A DNA stretch of 62,573 nt, filler included, from Intoshia linei (GCA_001642005.1; 6 parts of 6 records of this genome joined end to end with filler, not necessarily neighbours in it), one strand, 5' to 3'; shown: positions 10,328-23,803, counted from the first letter of the whole stretch. Made by a program: numbers and translations. Notes: generated by a model from the letters alone, not told the origin.

Positions 10328-12686
10328 TTAAAGTGGCGTTTCCATCTTCATTTCTGACAAGACTGATGGCTTCACGACTAAAAATAAAATTAAAAAATAA
10401 TTGTAAATACAGTCAACCCTCTAATACAGTGGTTCCCAAAGTGGTCCACAAGAAAAATTTTAAATAACAGGAAGATAACCTTTTTTTTTAATAATAATAA
10501 TAAATTAGAATTGTATCGATCATTTATTATTATTATAATAATTATTAGTGAACATAAACATCAGTTAATCAAAATAAAGTGAAACTTTACTAAATAACGT
10601 GAATAATTTATCATGCGTTAAATTTAATCTATGTGACAATTTAACTTATTTCGATTGTAGTTTCCGGAATCAAACCTATCAATCCCGTCGCCATTTCAAA
10701 AATGAAAAATAGCCCATTAAAAAATTTTATATACGAATTATAATGTCATATAACCCTATCCACCTTTCTAAGACTCTTGAGTTGACATTTTAAATTTAAT
10801 ACTCAAATTAGTTGATATTCAAGAATTATTTTAATGCTCAATTTAATTAGTTCAAGCCTCTATTTTAAAAAAAATTCGTCGAGATCATTCCACCGAGCGA
10901 TAATCGCAATACGTATGTTTGAAATTAAGCATTTTTTTAATTACGCCATTAAAGCTACTTTGTCAAAATTAATGTAAAATTTTCGATTTAAGAAGAAATA
11001 TATAATAAAAAAATCAAAATATTATTCTAGTGACGTGTTCAGAATAAAAAAGATTTTTAAAAAAAATTATGTGGTCCACACATATTTTTTTTGTGACAAG
11101 TGGTCCATGGTGGAAAAAGTTTGGGAAACACTGCTCTAATAGGTGAAAATTTGAGTTTTTTTCATATGTTTATTTTTTTCATTGATTTTTGGTTTATTCT
11201 CTTTTTTTTTTTTTTTAATTTACGTTGGTCATATTGTAGAAATGAAAAATTTACAAAATGTACGTTTTGTATTAGAATTGTATATATATCAATTAGAACT
11301 TAACTTTAATTTAAAAAAATATGTTCATTGTTCACATACCACAATGTTCACGATTCATTTACTTGTTTCAAAGTAAAATCTTATGTTAACAAACTTTATG
11401 TTAAACAAAAATTATTTTTTGTTGTTCATTCTTGAAAAAGTTCACATTATAGAGGTTTGACTGTATAATGTAACTTGTATTTAAATTTTGAAAACATATG
11501 CACCTTTTAAGAGACATGTAGTTTTGATAAAACTTTAAAAAAATTTATAATTTAAAATTATAAAAATGTCTAAAGTACATTATATAAATAAACTAAATAA
11601 AAGCTAGGTATACATTGAAAAATAAAATTTACTTTAAATATGCATCAATATAAGGAGCAATATGTATTGGGTTAAATTTTAATAATTGACTTTCGTACTT
11701 ATTATATATATCATTCATTTCAGTCTAAATATAAAAATAAATGATTAATAAAAACAACATCAATTTCAAAAATAATGTACATCTCCAAACCAATGATCCA
11801 ATAAATAATTTCGCATATACGTATTTAGATGAGATCGTCTATTGACTCCATTAAGGGCCTAGGATGCAATAACTTTAGTTTTTTATTTACAAGATATGAA
11901 TATTTTTACTTATTTTCAGTAAGCAAGAATATAATACTTGTCTAGCCGTAGATTTAATAATACCTTCACATATGTGTAACCAAAAATATTGAATGCAGTC
12001 ATGAACGGATTAATAAGAATGAGCCCACTCACATTTCTCGGAAAAAATTTCTATAAAAAATGTTTAAAAAATAAAAAGATCTATTACGGCATATCTAATA
12101 AACGCATTTGCTCCCACTCCAACCCCAAATCCTGTAAATTTATTGATACTATTTGAAGAGTAATTATTTAAATTTAAATAACATTTACTTAAAGTGAGTA
12201 ATAATTTCTTCTATAATATCTGTAATTTCATTCATGGAAGACAGTTCGATTCTAAAAGATAATGATACATTGCCTAGTCATTATTATTACGAGGCAGCTG
12301 AATCGTTATGAAAAAGTTTGTTTGTATGAATCGAAAGTAAATCTATATGAATAACACACATGGATTCCAGTATAACATCATGAACGTATTTACGACTAAA
12401 GAAACTATTGAAACACATGCTTGCTAAAAAATATTTTAAAATTAACAAAAGATTAAAATACGATTCATTCCAATGTCGTGAAGAGTTAGCATATAAGGAG
12501 GCTTCAGTTCACCCATTACCCAAAGATTAATAGTAAAATTTTTAGTACTCACATCTCTCTAAAATTAAAAGTGTTCATTTATCATCAAAAGGTTACTTTT
12601 ACGACATTATTAAAACTAGTAAATTTGACATCTTCTGGAGAAAGGACACGAAGAGGTACCGATTCGTGTATCTGATTTAAAGACAT
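10328..12686 (-). CDS. NDRG-family (Ndr, alpha/beta-hydrolase fold) protein; 3' end not resolved
   Basis: Spliced exons give LTLHDIGMN, SMCFNSFF, CVIHIDL, SMNEITDIIEEIITHF, GFGVGVGANAFIRYA, FPRNVSGLILIN, LLDHWFG and NPIHIAPYIDAYL. These are colinear with NDRG motifs (TYHDIGLN, GxGxGAGA, PxxVxGLxLIN). Confidence 0.85.
10410..11463. mobile_element. pogo/Tigger-type MITE interrupted inside its left TIR by a hAT MITE
   Basis: TA|CAGTCAACCCTCTAATA[insert]GGTGAA ... TTCACATTATAGAGGTTTGACTG|TA. Confidence 0.8.
10427..11133. mobile_element. Non-autonomous hAT (Buster/Charlie-type) element with perfect 8-bp TSD
   Basis: TIRs CAGTGGTTCCCAAA and TTTGGGAAACACTG. TSD CTCTAATA at 10419-10426 and 11134-11141. 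Confidence 0.9.
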
Positions 12687-13884
12687 TCTTATCTTAAATG
12701 TCAATGTTTATATAGTGATAAATACAATAAAACTCTTGTCTTGTGGATGTCTAGTCTTCATTGACGACACATTTTTGTACAAATTGAATACAAAAATTGA
12801 TAGCATTAAAAAATAAAATAATACCAACAGTAGTGATTAAATGTGTTAAGGGCCTAACTTAGGTCAATGTGTGTCAGGTTTCATTCAAATTTTAGACGTG
12901 TTACGAACTTTGCCAAAAATTTTTTTGTGATCATAGATAAGCAGTTTTGTCTTTAAAGTGTCTAGATTTTATAAGTACTAATAAGTACTTTTCGAAATGT
13001 CTTGGACACAAAAAGAACAATAAAATTTGAATTGAAAGTTCTAACAATTTGAAATTTAAAATATGAAATGTAATTGTTACTTTTATGGGTATTTATCATT
13101 GCAAATTATTTTTTTACATAATTCACTATGATTTTCCCAATGCTTGTAAAAATCAATAAACTCTCTTTACAATTATAATTTTTTTTGACACAATTAAAAA
13201 ATAATTAATTTTTATTAATAGATTTGATGTGATCCAAATTGAACGATATAAAGTGTGTTTTTATAAAATATAAATATATTAAAACTTCACTTTATTAAGA
13301 AAGTGAAAAATTACAAGTAAAATATTGACTAAAATTATCTATGGTATTTATGAGTACTTATTTAGTCTTTAAGTGTCAAAAATAAGTACTTTTGGACACA
13401 CTACTTTAAATTTAACACCAAATAAACTAAAATTGATAGTAATTATTAAAACTGGACGGTTTACTTTAAATTAAACTTTAATCCACCTTATTTAAAAGTT
13501 GTTTGTTATCGTTTATTTCAATAAATAAGAGTCTTAGAACTTAAACAAATACAAATTATAATTCAGTTTTTTGCGGTGGAGAAAGTAAGACAAATTTCAA
13601 TCTCAGAAAATGACATTTTCCCGATCAAAAACCTGAATAATCCATTTTATTTAAAAATGAAACGAGTCGTAGAATTTATAAAAATATACAATCTGATATA
13701 TATTTAAAATCCCTAACATAATTTTAAATTTAAATTTCAAAAAGTTAAATCTTAATAGTAAAACCACAAATTAAACATTATTTAAAATAAAATTATATCA
13801 AAATAGTAACCTGGATAATTTATAAATAAAGTAATTATAAAATTACTTGTGTATTTTTTTATTTTTAATTGATTATCACTCAGT

Positions 13885-16800
13885 ATGTCGGAGTTTGTTT
13901 ATGAAAGAATAGATTTAATTCTAACAAGATGTAACAAACTGAAAAGAAATAATTTGATTAATGACGATGAAGCCAAGTAATTTTAAAACTATAAAATTTA
14001 CTAAATTACTTAGAAAATATGTTAAAAAAATGAAACAATTTGAATTTAAACTAAAATCAAATATGGATACGAAGCATGTTTTAATCAATTACTTACAGGT
14101 AATGGCGATAACTAAATAATATCCTTAACTTAAATCAAAGATTTCATTGATTTATATGAAATTAAATATAAATTTTAATTTTTTATTTTAAAATTGCAAT
14201 TAAATTCCATCATAATTTTCGAATTAGTATAAAATTAATATATATAGTGAAAACTACCTAAGCATACTTTGGATAATCTTAACTTATATAAAAGGCTACG
14301 CGATTTTTGTGTGTGTGTCTGTCTGTGACTTTATTGAAATAACTACTACTGTTAGAAGTTTTTAAAGACTACATTTTAATTACAGTTTTTTCCGGGACTT
14401 ATAATAAGATAAATTTCAACCTCCCAATTTCACATCTTTAGAATCAAAAACACCAGTTGTCCCTCTTTTTTAAAATCAAACGAGTTGGAGAATTTAAAAA
14501 ATATATACGCTGATGCGGATTTTAAAAACATTATTATAAATTTAAATTTACAAAAATTATATCTTCAGGGCTAAAACCACAAATTACCCTTTTTTTATTA
14601 ATGAAAACAGCCCTAGAATTTCAAAAAATTTACAGGTAGTAGAGTTGTATCCTGTTAACACACATAAAAAAATTCAATCCGAATAACTGACGAATTCACG
14701 GTCAAAAAAGCATTTTAGTATTCATATATTTTTTTTTCGAAATATTTTATTAAAATAAAAAATGTGAAATAATTAACGGTCCGAAAATTAAAAAAAAGAT
14801 TATTCTTATAGAATATATTACGTATTTATAAAATTGAATTTATACTAACTTTTTAAATAGTTAGACTTGTTGATAGTGAACTCAACTGATATTACTATAC
14901 TAACTTGACTTATATAGAAAATAAACTTAGATTCATGATTAATGTTTTATTACAGTCATTTTCATTGTTCATTATTTTTTTATAGTGAACATTAAAATAA
15001 TTCGGAATCAAATGTTCACTATCCACAAGTCTGACTGTAGTTAATTTAATTAGTATTATCACCTAGAAAAAAATAAATAACAATTATATGATTTACGGTA
15101 ATACATTTTTGGTAGTCTTATTTTAATGGGTTCGTAAAAGTAATTTGAACCATTAGATTAAATTAAACCATAGATTTAATTTATAATGTTAAAATTAAAA
15201 TGTCGGCCCTCGGCAGAGTTAGGTGCTGTTTGTACATAGTATAAACCAGCCAAGCTAGTCACATATATATAAAGTGGCCAGAAAAAAATACGTACTATTA
15301 ATTTTAATTTATTTGGTGTTAAATGTAAAGCCAAAACTACTTATCTATGATGAACAAAAATTTTCGTCTTAAAATTTATTCCAAATAAATTGAAAGTTAT
15401 AGTACGTAATTTTTCTGATTATTTTAGCTTATGGGGATTTTCACTGTAATTACATGTTATAGATAAATTTATTTGTATTTGTATTATTTGTCATTTTATA
15501 AATAATTCAAAATTTTAGTACCAAATAATTTTCTTCAATTTGATAAATCAAAGATTAATTGTAATTATAACTTAAATGTTATTATAAATTTTTAGAAAGT
15601 TGATGTAATGGATAAAAAAAGAAATAACATTGTTAAACCTTTCCAAAAAGATATTTATAGAATTTTTAATGTAATTTTTTTTATTATTTACATTTAATTA
15701 ATTAATTAATTGTTAATTTAGAAAGCTTGTGGTATTTACAAACACGATGTATATATTTGGCAAACTTTTATTAAATTCGCTGAAAAATTAGTATACATAA
15801 TTAATAATACTTTTAAATGCTATTTTAGAAAGATTATAAAAAATTGACCGTCATTTATTCAAAATGTTTACAAATTTTTATTCATAATATTGGTATGTTT
15901 ATTTATAAAATTTAGAATTTCGCTTCTTTTTATATATGGCCCAGTTTACATTACAGTACATTATAATTTATCTTTTTTATATTAGATTTATGGACACGAG
16001 CCGCTTATAATCAATATTCAAATTTTCAAAATATAATCAACGCTAGAAATTTGTTTTTTGAAGCTACCCGATTTAATGCAGATTCTAAGGAACTGTTACA
16101 AAATCATTTCAAATTTGAGATTGCTTCAAACCCCGATTTTGAACAAACTGAAAAAATTGGATTGGCACTTTTTGATAGCGTTTCAAATAAATTTTCAAAT
16201 TCTGTTTTCTATTTGTGTGAATATTATACAATTGCCACATCGTTAAATCGAATCAACTTAGCTACATTTATTTATGAAAGGTATTTTTTTGATTATGCAA
16301 ATTTAATATACACTATTCTTTATTTCACTAAAATAATGATAAGAATAATAATGAGAAGGTAATTTAGAAAACTGATATATTACTGTTAGCGAATATTTTA
16401 AAACAACGTTGAATATCTTGATCCCTTAAATTAAACTTTCTAAAAATTGTTAATTATATAGGGATTACCTAAATACTATACGGTAGTAGCGATATAGCGA
16501 ATACTGTACCTGTGGTGTCATTTTATTTTAGGTTTTTTTAGATTAAGAGTTCAGAATAGGTTAGAATCCTATTAAATATTTCTATAATTTCACATTATTT
16601 AGGTCTAACGTACTATTTTTAATGAGTTTTTTAGATTAACTCAAAAATATCAAGATAACGAATTGTTTCAACTTTTTAATTTATTTGAAAGTTATAAAAA
16701 AGGTATAAACTTCTTATTACACATTTAACAAGCTATTATTTTATATATAAATATTTAAAAGATTCACTAAATACAATTATATTAATATAAATATTTAATT

Positions 16801-17292
16801 TTTAGAAAATTGCGACATATCTAACCTTTTATCGAAATCTTTCATATTGATGAATTTTAATAACCAAGAAAAACCAATGAAAGGTAATAATTGTATTATA
16901 TCGTTATTCACTTTTATTTTTTTAAATTTGGACTTGTGGGGATTACGATGAAATTGTTTTGATGTGTTTTTTTACGTTAAATTTATTTTAGTTCGTTTAA
17001 TAAATAATTAATGAATTGAGAAATAGTTATGTTTTTATTCCTTGTGTTCACCTTATTGATTTATTAATACCATTAATTAATTTTAATTAATTATTGATAT
17101 ATTGTAGAATCTATACTTACCGAAATATGTGCATTTGTTATTCAATTATCAAAAAATGAAAATGATATGATTATACCCGATGAGGTATTATAGTTATTTG
17201 TTTATAAAATAATATTTTAGACAATTAATTTTATAGGTGAAAAATGTAATGATTTAAAATTGCCTGTACCTAGAATTTTCATCAATTATTTA
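13885..17292 (+). CDS. UTP6: U3 snoRNA-associated protein 6 (HAT repeats), many small exons; 3' end not resolved
   Basis: MSEFVYERIDLILTRCNKLKRNNLINDDEAK|KYVKKMKQFEFKL...INYLQ|YQIIFFNLINQR...DVYIWQTFIKF...LWTRAAYNQYS...NARNLFFEATRFN matches the Utp6 N-terminal and HAT pattern. Confidence 0.8.
14276..14815 (+). mobile_element. Abundant non-autonomous Helitron-like repeat, arm type A (copies also ~1870-2326, 27705-28562, 38769-39254, 41790-42580, 45790-46020, 47085-47382, 56521-56985, 59950-60177)
   Basis: Shared 5' end A|TCC(T)AACTTATATAA...GCTACGCGATTTTTGTGTGTGTCTGTCTG and colinear internal blocks in both orientations. There are no short TIRs or TSDs. The 5'-TC start plus GT/GTCT microsatellite resembles invertebrate non-autonomous Helitrons. 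Confidence 0.7.
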
Positions 17293-17789
17293 GTAATATT
17301 CATTTAAAACTTATTGGTGAGTAGTGTCTTTATGCGACTACCCTAAATAATAATTTTTTACTTATATAAAAATGAATATCTGTGTGTAACCATTTATTGA
17401 AAAAATTGACAGTAGCAGGATTAAAAAGCCCAATTTCTAATACAGTTTTTATTTATGTTTCAGAATGTCAGTCCTTCAGGATCAAAACAACAATTTTCCA
17501 TTTTGTTTATATTAAAATTCAGCCCAAATAGTTAATAAAACACATTCTAGTACGCAGTTTAAAATCATTCACATAGTCGTAAATTTTTGATAAAATTTTT
17601 GTTCATAATAGATTTCATCTTTTTCATCCTATTATCAAAGAAAGTAAACGATTCTATAGAAGCCAAAATCATAAAGTGATTGTATCCACACATATACAAC
17701 AACTTATCACCAATATTACATTTACTACTAACAATCTACATTTTTATTATAGTTTCATATATTAGATCCTGGTTTCGTAACCGCGGGTC

Positions 17790-18008
17790 GCGTCATTTTA
17801 TTCACTGGGGTCTCATTAATTGCAATATCATCATCATGTAATTACAGTAACATCATCGATTTCTTGGCCAATTTGTAACACCTCCATGATTTTTTCATCT
17901 CATTACCAGTTCCCATGCATTTTTCAGCATTATCACCACATTAAAAATATTAATTTTTTTCAAGTTTTCAACCATTTGATCATTCTTCATAATTGTCATC
18001 ATGAGTGA
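17790..18008 (-). mobile_element. pogo/Tigger transposase C-terminal fragment
   Basis: SLMMTIMKNDQMVENLKKINIFNVVIMLKNAWELV resembles the Tigger/JRK KKINxxDAIxxxxxAWxxV segment, followed by an acidic tail. Confidence 0.65.
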
Positions 18009-18009
18009 C

Positions 18010-20583
18010 GTGATTATATCACAGTGAATTGCTCCCACTATGTGTATGAAGAAGTTAGTGTTGTTGACATTACTAAGCATAAACCTAGCCAATTTCGGAA
18101 CGTCATGACCAATCTTTTTTATAATTGCAGTCGCTATAATCGGGTGGTTCTTAATTTTTTTCAGGTCATGGTCCAATTAAGTTTTGCCTAAAATTACATG
18201 GCCCACCTTAAAAAAAACTTAAACTTAACTAAAATATCTACTTTTATTTACAGTAAAATGCTTTTTTATATAAATTTTAAAGTATCAAGAAAATAGTTAA
18301 AAAATAATAATAAACAAGTAAATTTAAACTTATACTAATTAGTCACTAACTGTTAGTGACTGCCTTGGCATTGGTGTTTGTTGCACAATGAATCGTAATC
18401 AATTACTATTAGTTTATTCAATCTTTATTGCATTATTCCTCGGTTATTCACATCCAATTTTGACCTCTTTTTACTAAAAATATCGACCACTACTGAAAAT
18501 CCAGCTTTTATCCATGTTGTAGGAAAAGCAATAATGCTTGGTTGAACATAAAAACAATTGGATTTGATTTTTGAATTTCCATAAATTCAAATACACTTTC
18601 CTTTTTTATTCGTCTTACTAATTTCAAATATTCTTTTAAGTTCAAGAGTTTTTCAGTTAGTTCAGGACTGGTTTCATCATCTGGTTCAAAGTTTTGAAGA
18701 TCTGTAAACCATAATTTCAAATTCATTATGCATTGATAGATTTTGTTTTGGTTAGCAATTTTATGGCTTAATACACCAAATTTTTTTTAATGTTGAAAAT
18801 TTTCTGTGGTCCACCAAAAATTTTCTTTGGCCCACGTTGAGAACCCCAGCTCTAATCGATGCAGTATTACTATATCTCTGCCTGATGGTTTGAATTATCT
18901 TTATATTTGCTTGTCTGCAATCCGAAGAATTGGTTCTTTTTCGATAATCTGTTCATTAGCATAGACAGACGGTAAAACCATAACACATCTTGTATTTTCA
19001 TTATTGTCTGTTTGATCACAGTAATCACCATCCTTCTGCATTACTGAAGAAATTAATTATAAAATTTATTTTTTACATTTATTGCCAGAGACCAATCAGC
19101 CATTAACCGTTGTACTTCAAAATTGCTCTGATCGACAGCCATAATCAAAACTTTCACCGTGGTAAGCCGGTTAGGGTAAGCCATTGTCCATAACTTCGCT
19201 GAAATTTTAGATTGTACATTCCTTCGACTGTTCATAAAGCTCGCTGGTACGAAGGATATATTACTATTTTCGATTTTTACGTTGCAATTAGCATTTGTTA
19301 CATCGTCATTGGCGAATGATACTAGACCCTTGTCTTCGACAAATTGCAACGTCACATGACTCATCGGCGTACCTGGCTCATTGTCAACTATGATTGACGT
19401 TTTGTATGAGTAATAGTTGACAATTAATTTATCGGTGCGATCGAAATCATGCATGACAGACACCTTTTTCTGGTTGCACTCAACTTAGCTACATTTGGTA
19501 TGACCCGTTCTGACATTGCCTCTACGTCAGCATATTGATACTCATTGTCTTTGAGTTTAATGTCCTCCATCAGTCCACCGAATTTATCATTCAAACTTGC
19601 TAACAACGCAGGATCACAATAATTAAAACATAAAACAAAGTTACTATCATGATACTATGTTCTATCGACATGAGGTTGATGAAACTACGGAAGAAAGGTA
19701 CGCATCTTGGAAATGATTCATTCATTCTTTTATCAGTCCGTGAAACATACTTCAGATTTGTATTAAGGTTCCGACACTTAGCACTTGTTATAAAAGTACC
19801 CATCTCATAAGCTAGGAACTCAAGACATCCTTTGACTGACACTAAGTGATTGTGCGGTATCTTTAAAAATTTTTTCGCTGCTTCGTAGCTATGTATTTCC
19901 AAGGCTGTGAACATTTCTTTAGTCACCGTATACCAGCAATTATTTAATGTATTATTATACATTGGAGTTCGACTGCTCACAGTTATAGGGTTGATTTTGA
20001 CATCCATTTTGTTTCACTCTTTCTATCAAAATGTAAAGGCATGATGAAATTAAGTTCACCTTTAAAGATGCGTCCAGTGTTATAACTTTTAGCATATTCA
20101 TACAATGCTTGTTTATCCGCTGAACTATGAGTATTAAGATACCTATTGTATAACATAATGGCTGGCTCAATCGGTGGTTTAATAGTATTAATTAATTCTA
20201 CCTGATCGAGGTCAAATGATGCTTGTCTAACGTCAATATCCCTACAAATTTTGTCGGCGATATATTCTTAGTCTATTATCGCGGATACATTGTCATTAAC
20301 TTTAGACATCTTTGTTGAAATTATGTGATTGTATAAACTGTCTTGATGATTAACATAATAAGTGGATGAGTTTGTGTGTCGACTTAATGCCACTAACATC
20401 CATCCGTTCGGTACATCACCATCTAAGTTCGTGAATAATGGCATGTTTTTACGGTTTGATCTAAACACAACTGAATTACGCACAGAATTTTTAAATTCTT
20501 TATAATTAATTTTACTTACTTTTACATTTCTTAAATTCTTATTTTCGCGAGTTATGTAAGCAACCTTGTTATAGTTGAGTCAT
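18010..20583 (-). pseudogene. Decayed intronless foreign ORF (~620 codons after removing the hAT insert); possible endogenous viral element
   Basis: Six ORF-track fragments (20483-19053) are consecutive on one strand and joined by single stops or frameshifts rather than introns. GC is visibly higher than in the flanks. The frame is restored across the 18142-18849 insertion (...RQRYSNTASIR|ATAIIKKIGHDVPKLARF...). Confidence 0.6.
18142..18849 (-). mobile_element. Internally deleted hAT (Buster-type) element
   Basis: C-terminal remnant AFPTTWI..AGFSVVVDIFSKKRSKLDV...LCNKHQCQGSH*. Degenerate TIRs gggtggttcttaa and ttgagaaccccag. TSD CTATAATC / CTCTAATC (1 mismatch). Confidence 0.8.
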
Positions 20584-20679
20584 AATTGTTATATATATAT
20601 ATTTTATATTTTCACATATTTTTGTATAATTGAATTAATCACTGTTAATCTTAATAATAAATTAAATTAATAAATTAAA

Positions 20680-21015
20680 TTAATAAATTGGTGAAAGAAA
20701 TAAGACAAATATTATCCCGTCATCACTAATCAATTGATTGTGAGCTGGAGCATTATCCAACAGTAATAATGCCTTTGGTTCAATATCTATGTGTTTTGAA
20801 ACTGTTCTAAGGGAAGGTACAAATTCTTCGTGTAACCTAAAAAATAAGAATTTAACAATTACCATTCTTTCAATTCATCCACCCTTTGGTAGAATTATAA
20901 TAAATAACTGGTATTATTTTATTAGAAAATGGGAGATGTCTTTTGGATTTTCCTAGTACCACTAACTTCATTTTATTGCTGGAGTCGATATTTGAACAAG
21001 GCATAAACGTGAACG
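20680..21015 (-). mobile_element. pogo/Tigger DDE transposase fragment
   Basis: FTFMPCSN..SNKMKLVVLGKSK...YNSTKGWMN...HEEFVPSL...KALLLLDNAPAH...SDDGIIFVLFLSP are DDE_1-family motifs. Confidence 0.85.
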
Positions 21016-22277
21016 TTAATATAGTAATAATTGAATAAAATAAAGAAATTTAGACTATTTTTTCGACTACTGAATCTTTCGAGACTATTAGACTAAATTA
21101 CTATGGATTTTTCTTAGTTTCTTGTTGTTCTTATCTATATGTTTAGATATATCTTTCTATAATTAAATTATTCTCCAAATATTTTCTGAGTTNNNNNNNN
21201 NNNNNNNNNNNNNNNNNNNNNNNNNNNNNNNNNNNNTTAATTAATTAANNNNNNNNNNNNNNNNNNNNNNNNNNNNNNNNNNNNNNNNNNNNTTTAAAAA
21301 TTATTAAAGTTTATTATAATAAACTTAAATTTTTAGTACGTTTTTATCAGTGTTGCCTAAAACGCACTTTTACAAAAAAACGTACTTCTGGCAGCTTTAC
21401 ATTAGTATATATTTAAGAATAGAAATTATCGCAGTTAAAATTATAACCGTAAATATATAAGTCGATTCATTAAATTTTTGGGAAATAAAAATGGAAATTT
21501 TATAAAACTAATGTATTAGGTGTAATTACATGCATAATTACATGGAACAATAATCTACAACATAAACAGTAGTAATTGCAAAAATCAACATGAATCTTTC
21601 TGTTTTAATACTTTTTAGGGTCCTAAAAAAGCAAATAAGACAATAATTAAAACATTGCAAAATTGACACAAGTAGTACCAGTTTATAGGTATAGTAAAAG
21701 TTACCAGAAAAGAATACTTATTTTACCCTGGTAGACCTTTTCCTTTTTATTCATTTTTGACGGAGTAGAGGAAAGTAGATTTTGCCTACCGCTACGGGGA
21801 AATCTCATAATGATAGGGAGAAAATAATACTTTTTAACCCTGGTATTCATTTCACCTGTTCATTATGAATGCCAACGAATAGGATAATTTGAGTTTTCAT
21901 AAATTTTATACAATATTTTGCGGAATATGAACAGGACAAACGAAAAAATTTTGAATAAAGAGACACATAAATGAATCTCAATTTGCTAGATATTTATATT
22001 AGCGTAAATTCACATTACACAGAAAAAAGAATCGATAAAATAAAACACAATCGTTATTTCTAAAATTAAACCAGCGGGAAGTGCCGTCTCTAAAATTTTC
22101 GACAACTTAGAATTTTGAATAAAAAAATCAGTAATATACCATTTCTATAGATATCACTGAGAAATTTATAAAAAGACAAAATACACATACATAAGTCCAG
22201 CAATATACATAAGTACCGTAATATATTACATGTTATTTAATTTCTATAGACATATTTTGTAACTGTACCTACTAGAG

Positions 22278-22551
22278 CAGAGTTGCACAACCTGCGATTG
22301 GGTAATCCATGTGATCATAATGTAATACATAATTTATACCATTTTAATTCAAATTGAAAAGTTTAAATCAAATTGTATTCAACTATTCAATTTTATTCAA
22401 TATTTACATCAAAAAGTTACATTTTTGACTTTGGCCATTTTCTCAAAAAGGATTTAAATTTTCTCAGTGTCAAAATAAATTTTGTGAGGCCGTAGTATCA
22501 ATGCATAAATTAGCTTTGAGGCTGAATGGGTAAAAAGGTTGTGCACCTCTG
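22278..22551. mobile_element. hAT MITE with perfect 8-bp TSD
   Basis: TIRs CAGAGTTGCACAACCT and AGGTTGTGCACCTCTG. TSD TACTAGAG on both sides. Confidence 0.9.
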
Positions 22552-23803
22552 TACTAGAGTCTAGTAGGTTTAATACTACTCTTATTCGCAATTGATTAAT
22601 AGATTATAAAAACATACAAATCTTTTGTATCATAGTAGGCAATAAGTATTCCCATACAAAAGGTAAAAATACATTGAGCAATTATCAAGTCAAATTCCAT
22701 TCGAAAATTTGCAAATGTATAAAAAATGCGTTCAAAAATATTAGATTGCGTTGAATTATTCAACTTGAATATGAAATGAAGTTTAAATTAAATTGTATGT
22801 TTCTTGGTTATGTAACAACCAATATGGAATTATATTCCAATTTGGACTCCAATGATTGGATATAATAATTAGTAATCAATGGATCAAATATTATAATGCA
22901 AATTTATATAAGATTCGCTATGCATAATTAGATACAGCTCTTACTTAATAAATATCACTAATATTTAGTCAATATGATTTTTATATACTTATCTTGACGA
23001 CCCCCAAAATTAATTGAATCAGAAATGTTGACAAAACGCTATAAATAATAAAATTATAATTATTCTTGATTTGTCATATTCATTATGTCGTAATACTTGA
23101 TGTATGGACGTTGCTTTTAAAACATTAAAGAACATCATTAGATACATGATGTATTGTACAGTAGATTGGCCAGTCTTTGTCAGCCTTTTTTTACTGACCG
23201 TGCGTGAGAAAAACTGACTTGGATTTTCATTTTTTTTATTATTAAGGGCTGTTTTGTATAAATATTAATATCATCTATTCTCAAACCTTTTCCACTGAAC
23301 TTACTTATAAATACTATATAACCCATTAACATACATTTTACATTTAAGAATGTCGCAATAGCTAATAACAAAATTGTAAAAAAATTATATGCTATTTAAG
23401 GAAAACGGTACATGTAAGATAAAAATAAAATTTTTAAACGAAAAACAAAATCTTATAAAACTCAAAAATACCATAGTGTAACTTACCCATCTTTTGATTG
23501 TGATTAGGTGAAGCACCTGTGCCATATTGAATCGATTCAGAAATACCGGTGTATATTATAAAAATAAATGAAATGTATTGAATTATAATTTATATATTCA
23601 TAAACGTGACACGTAACCATTTTTTAAAAAAGTGGTCGGTTTCCGATGGTTATGGTACTTTTATGTCACCGTGCATTGCAATGGATAAGTATATGGAAAT
23701 TTTCTGAATCACTAAAAATAGAGTCATTAATGAAGAGTGATACTTGTAATTAATTAATTATTTTTACAATTACCAACTTCCAAAACTAACTGGTTGTCCA
23801 AAT

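Noticed and set aside
14119-14132. ATATCCTTAAC in UTP6 as another U12 splice site
   Set aside because: It lies inside a GT-AG intron whose flanking exons (INYLQ|YQIIF) already join correctly, and an in-frame stop intervenes.
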